This document shows, piece after piece, positions 37,663-52,230 of a DNA stretch of 64,000 bases. The notes under the pieces were generated by a model. That model saw nothing but the letters and a program-made list of their open reading frames with translations, had not been told where the DNA came from and did not search any database. Position 1 is the stretch's first letter. Each line of letters begins with the position of its first letter. The DNA comes from Chiloscyllium plagiosum (lineage: Eukaryota), in the NCBI RefSeq assembly GCF_004010195.1, contig NC_057758.1, forward strand, positions 8,583,011 to 8,647,010. The letters are read 5' to 3'. The translations under genes and the position numbers were made by a program.

Positions 37663-40362
37663 GGACAAAATCACGAAAATATTGAAATCAACTTTCGCTA
37701 ATTAAAGTTTCAATTTCAAGGCATTTCCATTGTTGAAGTGATTTCTTTACAGTGTGGTGTCAATCAGAACGCGATTTTGTGAAACTTTCTTGCAATGTAC
37801 AGAGGAGCTTTGTTCCTGAATTAATTTTGCGCATGAGATCCGATGCCATGTGGAGAATTAAAACTTGCAGAAAAAGATAGGTTTCAGGCAACAGCAAAAT
37901 AAATACATTAAGTTAGAAATGACATTCTCCTGCCAGCGTTTGCAGAACAGGGATTCAAATGAATTTGCGTAATATTAGCAGAAATAGTATATGAAGCAAC
38001 AACCGAAAAAAGCACAGGGCGGTGCTGAACGCAGATTATAGGGTCGACAAGGAGTAATGAGTTGGCGATGGTTAGCAGTGTGGGAAATGTGAGCAAGAGA
38101 TCTCGGAGTGTGGATTAAAGATTTCAATGGAAATGTGTATCATGTTGTCCACATTCTTGATAAAAATCGAGGAAGTTCCATTAATCGTCTATGTGGAAAC
38201 AAATGTCTCCAGAGGAGAGTATGGGGAATTGATTGAAAGATACCATTTCATTGGCGCATTTCAGATAATTTGACTGGGGTTATTGCTGGTATGGATGCAT
38301 TGTCTTGATAGCAAAATCTAAACAGATAGAGACATTCATCTCTGGACTTTACAAAATGTGAGATTATTTCAATGTAAGAGAATGTATTCAAAAGTTATTT
38401 CACAGCGTAAATGTTCAGAGTATTTTCCAGTTCATTGGTAAGTCAAAGACAGAGTCTCAGAAGAATGGAGTGATGATTTAAGACTGAGCTGAGGAGGGAT
38501 TTCTTCTTTCAGATTTGAGCATTTGATTTAATTTGATTTGAGCTATTGTCCCATGTATCTAGGTGCAGTAAAAGCTTTGCTTGCGAACAGTGCGGGCAGA
38601 TCATTGAAAACAAGGACACTGAGATCATAGATGAGAAAGGAACTTCGGCAGAGGAAGACATGCAGGTTGTACCACACAGGAAATGCGTGTGGCAAGGTAA
38701 AGTTGAACAAGATCAACGTGAAGTGAAGTTAGAAAGTTTATTCCTCAGTTTAATAACGGCAGGGAAGGAACTTATCTTGAATATGCCAGTGCGTGTATTC
38801 AAATTTGAATCAACTCAGCATAGAGAGCTGGGGGAGGGAGGAGTTCATTGAATATTATTTGTGGTGAGATTCATGATTTCTGATCAGTCGTGAAATCGTG
38901 CTTAATGGGGGAAAACAGGCAAGTGGCCATGAGGGATTTTAGTCAATTGAATGTAAAGGCTAGCTCGAAAAACTGAGCAATCTTCCCTCATTCGTGTATC
39001 TTCAGGTCTTATGATCTTCTAAATTTCTAATTTTCTGCGGTTATGAGTTAGAACCTCATCACAGAACATGCCGAAATTGTTCTGGGTGGGTTGCGCTTTG
39101 GCGGCTCCACGTGGACTTGTTGTGCCGAAGAGCCCATTTCACACTGTAAGTAATTTAGTCTAATCTAATCTAACATAATTTTGCAAAATATCTCATTGTT
39201 CCAATTTTAATTTTCTGCGGTTATGAGTTAGAACCTCATCACAGAACATGCCGAAATTGTTCTGGGTGGGTTGCGCTTTGGCGGCTCCACGTGGACTTGT
39301 TGTGCCGAAGAGCCCATTTCACACTGTAAGTAATTTAGTCTAATCTAATCTAACATAATTTTGCAAAATATCTCATTGTTCCAATTTGAGCGGTTGGTCA
39401 TCATATCGGATCGAATAACAGTTCTGCTCCCATTGGTACGTGTGATATTATCCTGACTTGTGATAGATCTTCTTCAAGAGTGTTCATTGATGTTCTACTC
39501 ACGTCCAACGTTTCTGTCCACATCCGTCTCGCCTGTATCTTATTCAAGGTTGCCTAATTACAAATGCGAGTAATAATAGAACTTGCTTCTCAATCCTTTT
39601 TTGTCTAGGTTCACTCAATTTCACTTGTCAGTATCGGTTGCGGATTCGTTGTACTCCCTCATCGTCCATGGTTGAGGATTGTGTCAGACATCTTAAGCTT
39701 TGCAAATACTTGTTGTAAGGCGGGCATCATCCGTACTTGCTCTAAATCAAATGGCAGGCATGACGTGAAGCGCAAATTGCGCTATGTGATGGGATAGTGT
39801 GATCTTGAAGATTCATATGATATTTCTGTGGTTGATTCGCATCATCGTCCATTTCACAGTTTGAGCGAAATGTTTGTGGGGAATTAGGGTTCAAAGGTAA
39901 ATTCCAGAACACACATTTGCACGAAATGTAATTCTCATTGTCTTAAATTTCCTGCCCCGTGGATTTGGGAATATAGCTATGTTCATCTTTCTGATCAAAC
40001 CCGAGAAGACATATTCAATATGCGTTATTATTCATACGTTTTGCATTTGTGCTTGTAATGTAGTTTGGAAGAATGTTCTTTTCTTTCATAAGCAAATCCT
40101 TTCCTTCTACAATAGGGCCCTGGGCTTATCAAACATCTTCAAATGTTATCCTCTAAAATTAATGCTGCTGTCTTCAATTGAGCACTGTCATTTCAACCCT
40201 TATTCGGGCTTTCAATGGAAAGTCATCAAGATTCCCCTAAGTCAATGTTGTTTGTGGCAGTTGACGGGTATGAATTCAGTCAAGTACCACTCTCTATGGA
40301 TCGGGTCGAGTTTGTGTCACATCTGTCCTGCTGTCCATAGTTCACATGTGTGACATAATTGT

Positions 40363-40484
40363 GGGCAGCACGGTGGTACAGCGGTTAGCACTGCTGCCTC
40401 GCCACGCCAGAGACCCACGTTCAATTCCTGCCTCAGGCTACTCTCCATGTGGAGTTTGCACATTCTCCCCGTGTCTGTGTGGGA
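40363..40484 (+). mobile_element. HE1-like SINE, 5' part
   Basis: A box cggtggtacagcggttagc, B box cgttcaattcc, then the ggagtttgcacattctcccc core. Confidence 0.8.
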
Positions 40485-40489
40485 TCACT

Positions 40490-40960
40490 TCTACTGTGAG
40501 TTCAGTCCATGTGCGTACCACTCTCTGTGGAAAAAAAAAACATTTGACCTCAGGTTCCCTTTTATTCCCACCACTCTAAACTTAAATTCGTGCTCTCCAA
40601 TTCTCAATTTTACAATCTTCATAAAAGACTTGAATGTATTCACCCTATTCTTTATGAAGTTCAGCCTCGTCCTCAGTCTGCAAGTTCAAAAAAAATACTC
40701 CTGGCTTGTCCAACACTCCCTCCAACACAGACCATTGAGTCCACGCCACAACTTTGTAAACCTCTTCTTCTACCTTTGCAGTTTATTAGCATCCTTGCTG
40801 GAACAAGATGTTCACAAGTGAACACAATATTCCATCTGCAATCTCACCAGCATCTGAAATAACTGTAAGATAACATCCCAATTTGTACCCTTAATGTCCT
40901 GATTGATGAATGCCAGGGTGGCAAAATCTTCTTCACTGACATGCTCCCCTGTGATTCCAA
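40490..40960 (-). mobile_element. CR1 3' fragment
   Basis: LAFINQDIKGTNWDVILQLFQMLVRLQMEYCVH. Confidence 0.7.
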
Positions 40961-43900
40961 TCACAGAGCCCTTTCCCTCCGATGTCTGTTCCTGAATGGA
41001 TCTGACAATCAACTGACATGAATTTTGATTTTGATTTTGAAAGTAGAACTGTGACTATTGTATATATTAATTAGATGAAGTTACATGACATGTGGAATAA
41101 ATGGATTTTGATCATCTTGTGGGTCTAGCACAGCCACTGACGCCCTTCCTCCATAAATCCCATGAAAGGTTGTCACACGACAAAAGTCCTCATGGCTTTG
41201 AAGTTATGCAGTTAACTTGGATAAAGATGTGGTTAGTGGAGAGTAAACAGGATCATATTTTGCATGACGAGCTGGGACGGGTGGTGTGATAAGTAGGTCG
41301 CTGATAAAGGTGCTGTCATGTACAATCGACTTCAATGACTTAAATAAATGCAACAAGTGTCACCAGGTTCACTAACAAGAACGCGTTGGGCAGGACATAA
41401 ATCTAAGGAGAAGACCCAAGAGTCTGCATACAGATATGGGCATGTTCATGAATTGGGCAATTAATTTGCAGATGGAATATATGGTACAGAAATGTACGTC
41501 ACATTAGTCGTAAAAGTAGGTAGAAAGAATTTTGCTATTTTAACTTCTAACAAATCGCAAAATCTTGGCGCATCAGTTTGAAGGATTAACACCATAAGAG
41601 GAGTGAATGTTTGTTCCCAGCAGCGATTTACAAACTATCTCAGTGAAAGTGTATGATCCCCATTCACTGCGCAATCCACATTACAGATGCAGTGACAATG
41701 ACAAATGTGTGAGGGCAGATTTCTGACTGGATATTATGACATTACAACATGAATATACTAACTGAAACAAGATTTGCTACATCCTATCATATCATATGCT
41801 CATCTGTCAGTATTATATGAATTATGTTCAGAATACTGGGTGATGAAACATAATAAGATTCGGAGTTGTTGGAACAAAAGAAACACCGCAGATGTTTTTT
41901 CGTAGATGATGAGAAAGCATTGAGCATTAAAACCCGGGCATTTGACTGTCCTTGTGCAAAGTTCAGCAAGTTAAGATGACGGCGCTGCCAATGAGGAGGA
42001 CAGATAATATTTTGTCTGTTACTGCCAGGAGACTGTGTTAAGAACGTGAGGGAGTCTCGCAGGAGAAATGCACTGCAACAAATTTTCCGATTCTCTGAAA
42101 TGATTTGTGTCATTTGGAGTTTTCCTGACATGTACAGTCCAATCGTCACACAAAGGCACAGGCGCACACGAACTCGACCTCAGATAATCAAGTTCTCACT
42201 TAAGTGCACACAGATGATCTCACACAAAAGGGCTTACATATCCACACATGCACTCACACACTATCACTCACGCATACACTTTCACACAAGATGCAAGGGA
42301 ACTTTAAACATCATATCGATTCAGTGATTGTAATGGAATTTTTAAACATGTGATATTACTTCACAAAAATGACATTAAGAGTAATCTGAAATATCATTCT
42401 AACCCTGAATTACGAATGGTAATTTGCCTCAGTGATGTCTGTCCATTTCTGCTATTTTCCTACTTTCCTCCTAAAATGTATGCGTGTGATCCCTCAACAA
42501 AAAAAAAATGTCATAACTATTTCCCTATTTTCAAGACAAAATAAAGAAACTTGTCCTGAATCTCGATTTATTTTAAAAGAGACGGTCTTAGCTGCATTGC
42601 GCTTTCATGCTGTTCCACAAATGGAACCTTTTTTATTCCACATTCACCATTATAAGTATCTTACATAATTGAGAAAAAATATCTGTCAGTTCATTCTTCA
42701 TCTTTCTCTCGTTCAGCAAGTTTGGCTTCTGTTTAAAAACTTCGATAATTGGTGTTTTTTTGGCTGCAGAGTCGTCAATTCCAACGGATTCTGACTCCTT
42801 TAAAATCGTGGTCGGAGAAAGGACATACAGTTCATGTTGACAAGGTGTAAAGCTCTGAAAATAAGCTAATGCTATCGGCATAGATAAGATCACTACTACA
42901 TGTTCATTGAGCCCGTATTGCCTTCTATCTGATCATTACGGGCTCACTACCATTCGAGAGGACTTAACTGATTTTCTACCTTGAAAATATTCCACATGTT
43001 GATTTCAGACTTATCTAATCGAATATGCCGAGTGTATTAAATGAACAACACCCCAAACGTTCTGACAGAGTGGTAACCCCGAGCACGTCTATCTGAAATG
43101 ACTGCTCCAAAACCAGAATGAGTGAATTCTCGAGCAATCACTGACTACTTGATTGCAACGTGTTCCTCAGGAATGCTGTTCTCACCATTTCTCCTGTAAA
43201 CTTAACTGATCGTTTTCCTTCATCTGACCAAAAATATCTATCCTGATAAAATGTCTCACTGCTCCCCAGACCTGTCTGAACATAAGAACTCACACGTTGG
43301 GCATGTCTAACCACGATTTAATTACTTTATATCCACCAACACCTCCCAGCTGAGCACACAGTCTTGTCCTTAAGCCGGTACCTCACAGAACTAATCGCTT
43401 CCCTACCTCACATACATTGGCATCATGTTCTGCTCAAGCAGGTGTCCACCTGAAGCATGTGTCCATCTGAAAAACATCGCCACTCACCGAACTAGCGATT
43501 CAGACCAAAGTCTCATTCATGAACCCATAAATCTACTGAGAGACCAGAGTCTCAACCAACTCCATTGGGACACCACATCCCAGTGTAAAACGGTGCGTAT
43601 AGTATCTTTTCTCTCCGCTTTTTACTTCAAAACGTCACGCCTGCACTGACCCTAAGATCATGCAGCCAGAATTGGACGGCTTGGCAGAAGAAGCGTTCTG
43701 AGGAACGTACACTGTACACGAAACATGAGCTCACATTTATCTCAATACATGCAGTATTGATCTAGTTCAGCAATTTCTCTCTTTGTTTTTTGAAAGAATT
43801 GTAGATCTGTATCGTCACAGAGATCGTGTTCAAAAGTGCCCAAGCTGATAGCAACAACACTGCCTGTGATTTTCGGTGGTAGTGTCAGGGTTCCAACTCA

Positions 43901-44794
43901 TATAGTGTTGGGCAACTTATCATTTGCTGTGCAGAGAACATGAAAATGATGGAAGTAAAATAGGTGCACTGGATTTTTGTACGGTTCTGGCCGAACAGCA
44001 AAGTATCCTGATGGCATTTTATGCAATGTTATATGAGAAAGCATTGGTCCCATTCAAAATGAAAATGCTGACTGTCTCGTCTAAGAAATATCAATGGGCT
44101 ATACGGGGCAGAGACAGTAGGGGTTAAGAGTGTTATTGACAGGAAGGGCAGGAAGGGAGGGAATAAGGGAATAGAAATGGAAGGCAAAACAGAGCATGTG
44201 TCACGGACAATGTACAGCACACTATGCATGAAATGTAAGAAATGAAGTTTTCCACGAGCATATGCAGAGGGACTTTCTCTGTCCCGACGATTTCTTTGCC
44301 GTTCATTCTGTACTTATCATTCTGTTTCTCAGCACCAATGTGTTCACCTTATTTCTTACCTTTCACTGCCTCTGTCTGTTCTTCTGTCCAACTCTCCCTG
44401 TGTCTGCCCTTCGACTCCCCCTTCTTTCCTTCTCTCTCACACGCAGTTTTCTGTCTGCTGCTCAGTGAGGGGAAGGCGGGTGCTGTTATGCACGTGTCTA
44501 GACATAGCGGGGCTTTTATCAATACAGAGCGAGACTTGGAGGAACTATTGTGCATGATGAAGTCTTACAGTGGTGTGAAATTAGAAGGAGTGGTAAGGTA
44601 CGAATCCAAGATTAAGCATCATTTGGATTTGGATAAAATATTTGATAACGAAATGTTTGATGGAATGATAATTCGAGACAGGGGAATATTTGGGAGGCTG
44701 CACAATGTATGAGAAAGGGCAATATTCAGTGATAGACGATATTGAGGAGGGGATGAAAGTTGAGGTTGGGGTGCAAACTTTGGAGATTTTCGGA

Positions 44795-45840
44795 AAATAT
44801 CTCGAAACATACGGAGGCATGTGAGTGAGGGTAATTTGGTGGTATTGATCAGAAATTAGCCAGCTGAAACAAGACAGACGGTGCTGGGTGGTGGTAAATG
44901 TGCATCCTGAATTTAGATTATTAGTGGTGTACAACAAGGATCTGTTTTAGGGCCAATGCTGTTCTTCATTTTTGTAAATAACCTGGATAAGTGTGGAGAA
45001 GGATCGGATAGTACATTTGCTGATGACAAAAAGGTCGGTAGAGTTGTGGACTGTGCTGAAGAATGTTCCAGGTTACAGAGTGGCATAGGTGAGCTGTAGT
45101 GCTGGGCGGAGAGGTGGTCAATGGAGTTTAATGTGATAAGTATGAGGTGGTTCACTTTTGAAGAAGCAACAGAGTTATTGCCTTATGGTAATTTTCCTGT
45201 TCGTGCGGAAGAGCAAAGAGATCTCGCCTGTCATGTACATAGAAGCTTGAAAGTTACAAAACAGGTTGATAGTGTTTTCGACAAGGCATACGCAGTTTGA
45301 CTTTTATTGGTGAAGAGACTAAGTTTGGAACCATGAGGGCATGTCGTAGCTGTACAATCTCTGGGGCAGACGCACTTGGAGTATTGCTACAGGTCTGGTC
45401 ACCGTCTTTTCAGAAGAATGTGAAAGCATTGTAAAGGTTTCAGAGCAGATTTACTCTGAGGGAAAATCTTATCTGTAAAGGCTGAGGGGCGTGAGGCTGT
45501 TTCGTTCGAGAGAAGGAGGCTGAGAGGCGAATTAATTGAGACATATCAGATGATCATTGGGTTCAATAGTCTGGACAGTCAGACGCTTTTTCCTCAGATA
45601 GTGATAGCTATTATTAAGGGACATAACATTAAATTGAGGGATAATAGATATGGAACAGATATCTGAAGTAGTTTCCTCACTCAGAGGCTCGGGACGTGGA
45701 ACACCTTGATTGCAACAATATTAGATTCGCCAAATGTTAGAGGTTTTAAATGGTAATTTGATGCACATATGGATTTAAATGAAGTAATGTTGGTTTGATG
45801 CGATTCAGATTGCTTCCACAGATCGGCGAAACATCGACAT
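44795..45840 (+). mobile_element. CR1 RT-to-3' fragment
   Basis: ggtgtacaacaaggatctgttttagggcca (GVQQGSVLGP) and tttgctgatgacaaaaag (FADDK). Confidence 0.85.
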
Positions 45841-46574
45841 CGCCTTAGGGACACCATGCACAGATGATTGACAAGGATATTTTAAGTGATTATTAACTTC
45901 AGCCATGAGGATAAATTGAAGAAGTTGGGCCTAATCTCCCGGGTAAGAAGAAGGTGAAGACGAGATCTGGCAAAGGGTCAGGGAGCAGGGTTGGACTGAG
46001 TAGGCAGCAAGAATTTGTTCTTGCTCAATAAGGAATAAGATGGGCACAGATTTAAATTGCTGCGCAAGAGAAGCAATGCTAAAATGAGGAAGACATTTAT
46101 TTTCTCCAAGCAAGTATACAGTGTGTAGAAAATGCTGGCTGGAAATCGTGTCACGGCACTTTCAAGTGAGATATTGGCTGAAGGTCATTGGCTAGTTACT
46201 GGTATGCCCAGCTATTAATATGGAATCTCCCCTGAGTCTGTGCCTGTCCGGACAACGCTGTTATCAGAATCGGCGATCTCAGACGAGAGGGTGATCTCGG
46301 GGTTCACGGAAAACTGACCACATTTGATGCTTGAATTGATTGCGGAGGCTATGTGAGGTCTGACTCCTAAACTTACCCGTTCAAACCGGCTGCACTGTTT
46401 ACCATTTCTTGTCCATAAACCATTTGTCATCAGACGCTGAGAGAACACTGGGCGAGAGTTAACATCCCTAATAGTGAGTGAGAGAGTGAAGCAGAGTTAA
46501 CGTTCCCTGTCTAGTTCGACTCCCCGGCAGACTTAAACTCAGCAGACCTAACAGGAACTGCGTGTGGTAGAGGC

Positions 46575-46596
46575 GGAGAGAGAGAGAGGAGTTGTG

Positions 46597-46630
<34 letters not shown>

Positions 46631-46640
46631 GTGACAGATA
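46575..46640. repeat. (GA)n/(GACA)n microsatellite
   Basis: Read directly from the sequence. Confidence 0.85.
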
Positions 46641-46814
46641 GAAGGATTCATGGATTCAGAATAACCACTTGGATGAAAGCTCATTGCGAGTGCACAGGAA
46701 TTAGGTTAGAATTGGATCAGACATGGGGCGTATTTGGTTGAGACATAGAGAATACTGACAGTGTGCGATGGAATGGCCATGAGAAGTTGTTTCCACTGGT
46801 AGGAAGTGGAGAAA

Positions 46815-47518
46815 TGTCCTGTAGCTTTAAGAAAGTTAAAAACTAGCTGAACTACCTGACAGCATCAAGTGTTCTGAACAATTTACAATGTGACATTTAG
46901 TCCAGCGGCTAGTGTAGCTGTTTGACTGAAGACAAAAAGAAATCAAAATCGAATTCGGCCACACAGTTTAACTTATGCCACAACATATCAAATTCCAAGC
47001 AATTCCGAATTGGGTAGTTGGACAACATTAATACCAATGAAATGATCTGATGCCTTGGGGTCGGAAACTGAATAAAAATACCACAGCTGGGGGAGAAATA
47101 CCAAAAACAGCAACAGATGTCGGCGGCTCGTGGGAACTATGTGAAATGTACCTGTCTCCAGAAGGATTTGGCACAGTAAGAAATAAAGGTCAGCACCGAC
47201 CTGAGGAGCAAACCTACAGAGGAATATATGCAGAACATTTTCAACCGTTGGCTGGCTTTGAAATTCGATTTTTTAGCAAGTCTTTATCGGGGTTTTATTG
47301 GACGACTACTATAGAAGGTAAATAAAATATTGGTGAGATGAAGGAGTTGTAAATAGCTGCAAGTTAATTATACTCTATTATACTTTAAGAAATAAAGTTG
47401 TTTATTTTTACTTTAACTAGTTCTTGTCCTCTCGAAATTTTCGCAGATCACAACAAGCATTAAATATTTTCTGTGTTGCTGGATTAAATTAAGCAGTGGG
47501 TTCCCCCTTGACCTAACA
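46815..47518 (+). mobile_element. Probable solo LTR inserted in a CR1 3' fragment
   Basis: 704 bp from TGT to ACA, with AATAAA at ~47391; flanks ggagaaa / tcttcagccagcggg rejoin as a CR1 motif; TSD unconvincing (gaaa/gtat). Confidence 0.6.
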
Positions 47519-47624
47519 GTATCTTCAGCCAGCGGGTACTGACTCTATGCAGTGGATTACTGCACAAGGCTGGACATGCCAAGTGATTGAGTATATTTAA
47601 ATCCTGAAAGATTTTTCCCTTATC

Positions 47625-48005
47625 ATTAAACTCTGACCATTAAGTCTGGACTCTGTCACCATCGGGAACATACTTCTGCATCCAAGCTGTTAAGTAGTGT
47701 TGGAGTTTTGTAGCTTTCTCCGAGATCTCTAGTGAATACAATTCTAAGCGACTCTGATGCCCTCTCTTTGCCTGAGCTCGGATGGCTACGTTGTCCATAT
47801 TTGAACTTGTGTCATTCACTGTCTGTGCATTCGGAAGTGAAAGTGTATTGGTTGTATCTGGCAGTGACAAGTCGATGATCATGCACTTGTATGAATTGTT
47901 TTCTTCCAGTTGTCCAATGTAGCCGTGCTTTCACAGTCTTTGCGCCGTGTTCTGTACATGACATCTGTCCTGTTGAATGTGTGTGTATCGGGTCTTTAAC
48001 CTTTT
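47625..48005 (-). mobile_element. Degraded Penelope GIY-YIG fragment (second family)
   Basis: RVKDPIHT, RTDVMYR, and NMDNVAIRAQAKRGHQSRLE resemble the Penelope endonuclease C-terminus. Confidence 0.55.
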
Positions 48006-48799
48006 GAGGAGATCATGGATGTCTTTATTGGTTTAACCTTATTATTTTTCCCTTATAAGACAGAACGATAATCTGAATAGCAGATGAAGGTTAATTTTAA
48101 TAAATGCAAGATGTTGCATTTTGCAAATGTAAGATTGCTAGTTTTCCTTTGTTCGTGTCAATCTGTTCACCCTTCCACAAACATCAAGGAAGATTCATAA
48201 CCAGACCAGGAAGACTAAAGAAAGCTCAGTGAAACATTGAACTCAACTTCAAATCATTATTAAGACAGCAACCGGCGAAAGGAACAGAGAAGATGGGGAG
48301 ATTATTTTTTGTCACAGTGAATGATGCTGGTTACCTGAAAAGGTAAGAAAACGAAGTTTCAATATCCTGTCAGTTTCATTCTAAAGTTAGAAGTGTATCT
48401 CCACATGAAACAAGAAAGGTACTCCCAGTTTTGATTGGTCGAGAAATAAAATATCACTCTTAAAGAGCTAGTAGAAGCACATAAGGCGAACAGCCTTTCA
48501 CTGCGTGGAAAGACATGACGCAATCTTGCACAAAGCTAACCTTTCTGATCCGAAAGGACACTGCTCATAGAAACTACTTGATACAATTAACAAACAACCA
48601 AACCTGGGTTTAACAATCAGAACTGAACACAAGTTCTGCCCAGGAGTACATACTGTTTTGTTGTAATTAATATTTGGTGTTGCCGATGTTGTACTGTGTG
48701 GGGGCGGTGGTGGTGGTGGTGGTGGGGGGGGGTGCAACGATGTCAAAAATTGCAACATCCCAGGTTATAATCCAACAGTTGAACGGTCCGGTCCAAGGG

Positions 48800-49521
48800 A
48801 GTGTTGCTGACCAAAGAGATCTTGAAGTGCAGCTTCTTAGTTCCTTAAATGTAGAATCGCAGGTAGTTAGGGCAGGGAATAAAACTTTTGGTATGCTTTC
48901 TTTTATTGATCAGAGTATTGCGTTTCGGAGTTAAGAGTTAATGCTGAGACTGTAGAGGACGTTAATTAGGCCACTTTTGGAATATTGTGTCCAATTTTGT
49001 TCTCCTTCCTGTCGGAAATATGTTGAGAAACTTCAAAGGGTTCACAAATGATCTACAAGTTTGCCAGGATTGGAAGATTTGAGCTCGAGGGAGAGGCCGA
49101 ATAGGCTGGAGCTCTTTTCTCTGGAGAGTCGGATGCTGAGGGATGACCTTATAGAGCTTAATAAAATTATAAGGGGCATGGATAGAATAAATAGTCAATT
49201 TCTTTTTCCCAGGTGTGCAACAGTCTGGAATAAGAAAGCATACTTTAGGTTGAGATGTGAAAGAAGTAAAAGGGACATATGTGCCATCGTTTTCTCACAG
49301 AAGGTGGTGCCTGTGTGGAATGAGCTGCCACAGGAGGTGGCGGGTTCTGGTTGAATTGTATCATTTAAGCAGCATCTGAATCTGTATATGAATAGAAAGG
49401 GCTGAGTGGGAAATGTGGCAAGTGCTGGTAAATGGCACTGGATTAGCTTCGGATATCTGGTCGTCATGCATGAGTTGGACAGAATGGTGTGTTTCCTTTC
49501 TGTAAATCTCTGTGACTCTAT
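48800..49521 (+). mobile_element. CR1 3' fragment with tail
   Basis: PGLEDLSSRERPNRLELFSLESRMLRDDLIELNKIIRGMDR...FSQKVVPVWNELPQEV; tail tgtaaatctctgtgactctat. Confidence 0.9.
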
Positions 49522-51759
49522 CTGTCAGGACTCGTAATTGAGCCAGATTAAAAACCCTTCAGGGAACTCCCTTCTCTGAGTTCTCTCTGACCGACCTCGT
49601 TGTAATCATTACACTCGTTCTAAGCCATTCATCCTTCAAATATTGTCCGAGGTGATACTCAAACTCTGCTCATGCGATATAAGTGAATGCCACGGATTCA
49701 TGCCCCGCCAGTTGAAGTGGCGATTTACACAGATTTACTAAATTAAAGCCCAGTTACGGTGTGGTAGGGAACCATTCGAACGGATGAACTATCCCTCAGT
49801 GCCAATCTCATTTCTTTTTCATCATATGCCTTGCATATCTTTTCTATTCAAATCACAATTCAATGCCACTTTTAAAGCTCTCAATTGAAATATCATATTT
49901 GCAGGTATTGCATCTCACACACTGATTCCTCATTGATTGAATAATGTTTTCCTCATCTCACTCTGGCTTTGAGAATTTCTTCTTGTCGAGTTCAAAGTTA
50001 AGCATTCAATTCCATCGGGTAATGCACAATGTGAATACATAGTAGGCCGATATTTCAGAAGTTACAGTGTGTAAAGGCAGCTGGATCAAACTTTAAAAGC
50101 TCTCGTCGGACCACTGCTGCAACTTTCTGAATGGTTTTGGACTCCTTAACTAAGGAGTCTCAGCCGTGATATTCAACTGGATTCATGAGCATTTGTACAT
50201 GATCTAGTTAGGGTAAGATTCACAGAAAGAGATACATGGGAGAGACTTTTTTAAAAAAAACGTCACTCGTAGGATATAGGCAGTTGGTTGTGTCAGCATG
50301 TATTAACCGTCCCTAATTTCAGTACATTCATTATATTCAGGTCCAAATATATTTGACTATTTTCTATCTGTGCAGGTATTCTGAAATAATAAACAATGTT
50401 TCCATCTAACACGACGTCTCTGTCTCTTTTCACGTTTCATCTTTTATTTTCCAAAACTGACAATCTGACAGTGATTGCCTAATGCCCACTGAATTTGAAT
50501 GGGAAATTATACAATTCCTTTATCCTTGCACCTGGGTTATTTTTATTGTCGAGCCTACGGAGAAAATGGAAAATCGTGGAGGTTTGTGGTTTGAGTTGGT
50601 AGTGTTAGCGGTGGCAATATTTGTATTCTAAATCTGCCTAAAACACCAAAAGAAGAGTAAATTATCGAGAATGCTGGAAATATGATATAAGCCATGCATA
50701 CTGTCCCAGTAAAAGGTTATCGACTGGATTCTTTTTCACACCAGTGAATTTACTGCACCTAATGAGTATTTCCAACTTTTCTGATGTAGATTTCTGGATA
50801 AATTGTGGGTAGACCATGCCAGGTTCCAGAGCGCCAAGTCCAGAGTTTTGGTCAATTCCTACTCACATTCCTACTGCATGCATTTTTGTCTTTCTCACTT
50901 CACTTTGTCCACCATTTAACACTGACCATTTTATCCGTCTGTCTCTCCATTACTCTCTGCATTTGGAAGTATGGCAAGGAGTGGAAATGTACAGTGAACA
51001 GTAGTTCGTACATGACTACTCTTCCATACCTGCTTTTAGAAAATTTAAATAGATATTCCTGTAGCGGATATATTATTTCTGTAACATTACACACCACTTG
51101 GTTTTGCATGTTTGATCGAGGTTTTAGTCCGTACATCGTGGAATTTACAACTCGGTTCCTGAGACAATGACGATTTCAAGATACAGTCTGCAACTGTGGA
51201 GTTACGATTGGGCGTTGCAGCTTGGTCAATTTGTTGGTGGTTTGGGAAGTTGAAAAATAATGTGAAAATGCAATATTGTCGTGAATTCTTTCCATCGTTT
51301 TCCTAAAGCAAATATACATACTCTGTTCCCAGAGCTTGTGTCTTTCATATAATGTTCTTTAGTAGTAGAAAGATGATGCCAGTGTGTCAATTGCTATAGA
51401 TTTGCTCGTGAAATTCCAATCAGATCAAGGTTACAAGTCCGCGTGTAAACCATTTCAGGAAATGGTTTTATCGTCTATTCTAAATATCTAAATATTGGCC
51501 GTTATTTGCAATGAAGCAACTGCAGCAGATAACAAAATCAATGATAAGGCTGACAATGATCGACTTATTGTCACACTTCTTTCGTTACATCTTCTTGTGA
51601 ATAATGTTTACAATTTACGGCAATGAAACGGTAACTTCAAATAAAATAAAACACCCTTCTGAATCGAAATTAAAGACGGTGTACAATTACTTAAGTAGAT
51701 AGTCGATAATGTGTATATTTAATCATTTATATTTCAAAATCGCTTTCTCTGTTGCAGTA

Positions 51760-52230
51760 GTCCGATGGTGGGACAGATGAATGTGGAGAGATTGGACCAG
51801 TTAGCATTATATTCATTGGGCTCTATAAGATTGTGTGGATGGATGTGCGAGAAACCTTTAAAATTTCTAACAGGGTTTGATCGGGTAGACACAGAAATGA
51901 TGCTCCACATGCCTGGGAATGTAGGGCTAGAACTCTATGTTCTAATAATAAGGGATAGGTCATTTAGGACTGAGGTGAGAATAGATTATGTCAGTCAGAG
52001 AATGAAGAGCTTGTGGAATTATCCACAACAGGAAACTTTTGCGATCGAAACATTGAATACATTCAAGATATATGTTACTATTTTAACTGTAAAAATAGCA
52101 AAACGTATTTCGATAATGCAGGATCACAGTACAGATTTGGATGGTCAGCTATGGAAATTTGTATTGTTAGACCACGCCCAGGAGGCTACATGGCCCACTC
52201 CTGCTCCGATATCCCCGATTTCTATGCTTC
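51760..52230 (+). mobile_element. CR1 3' fragment
   Basis: ERLDQLALYSL...LTGFDRVDTE...FRTEVR...SQRMKSLWN. Confidence 0.75.

Noticed and set aside
40363..40440. tRNA-like A and B boxes (also at 17180 and 27608)
   Set aside because: SINE heads running straight into the SINE core, not tRNA genes
44242..44712. 156-aa hydrophobic ORF
   Set aside because: Produced by a pyrimidine-rich low-complexity tract; no GPCR or other motifs
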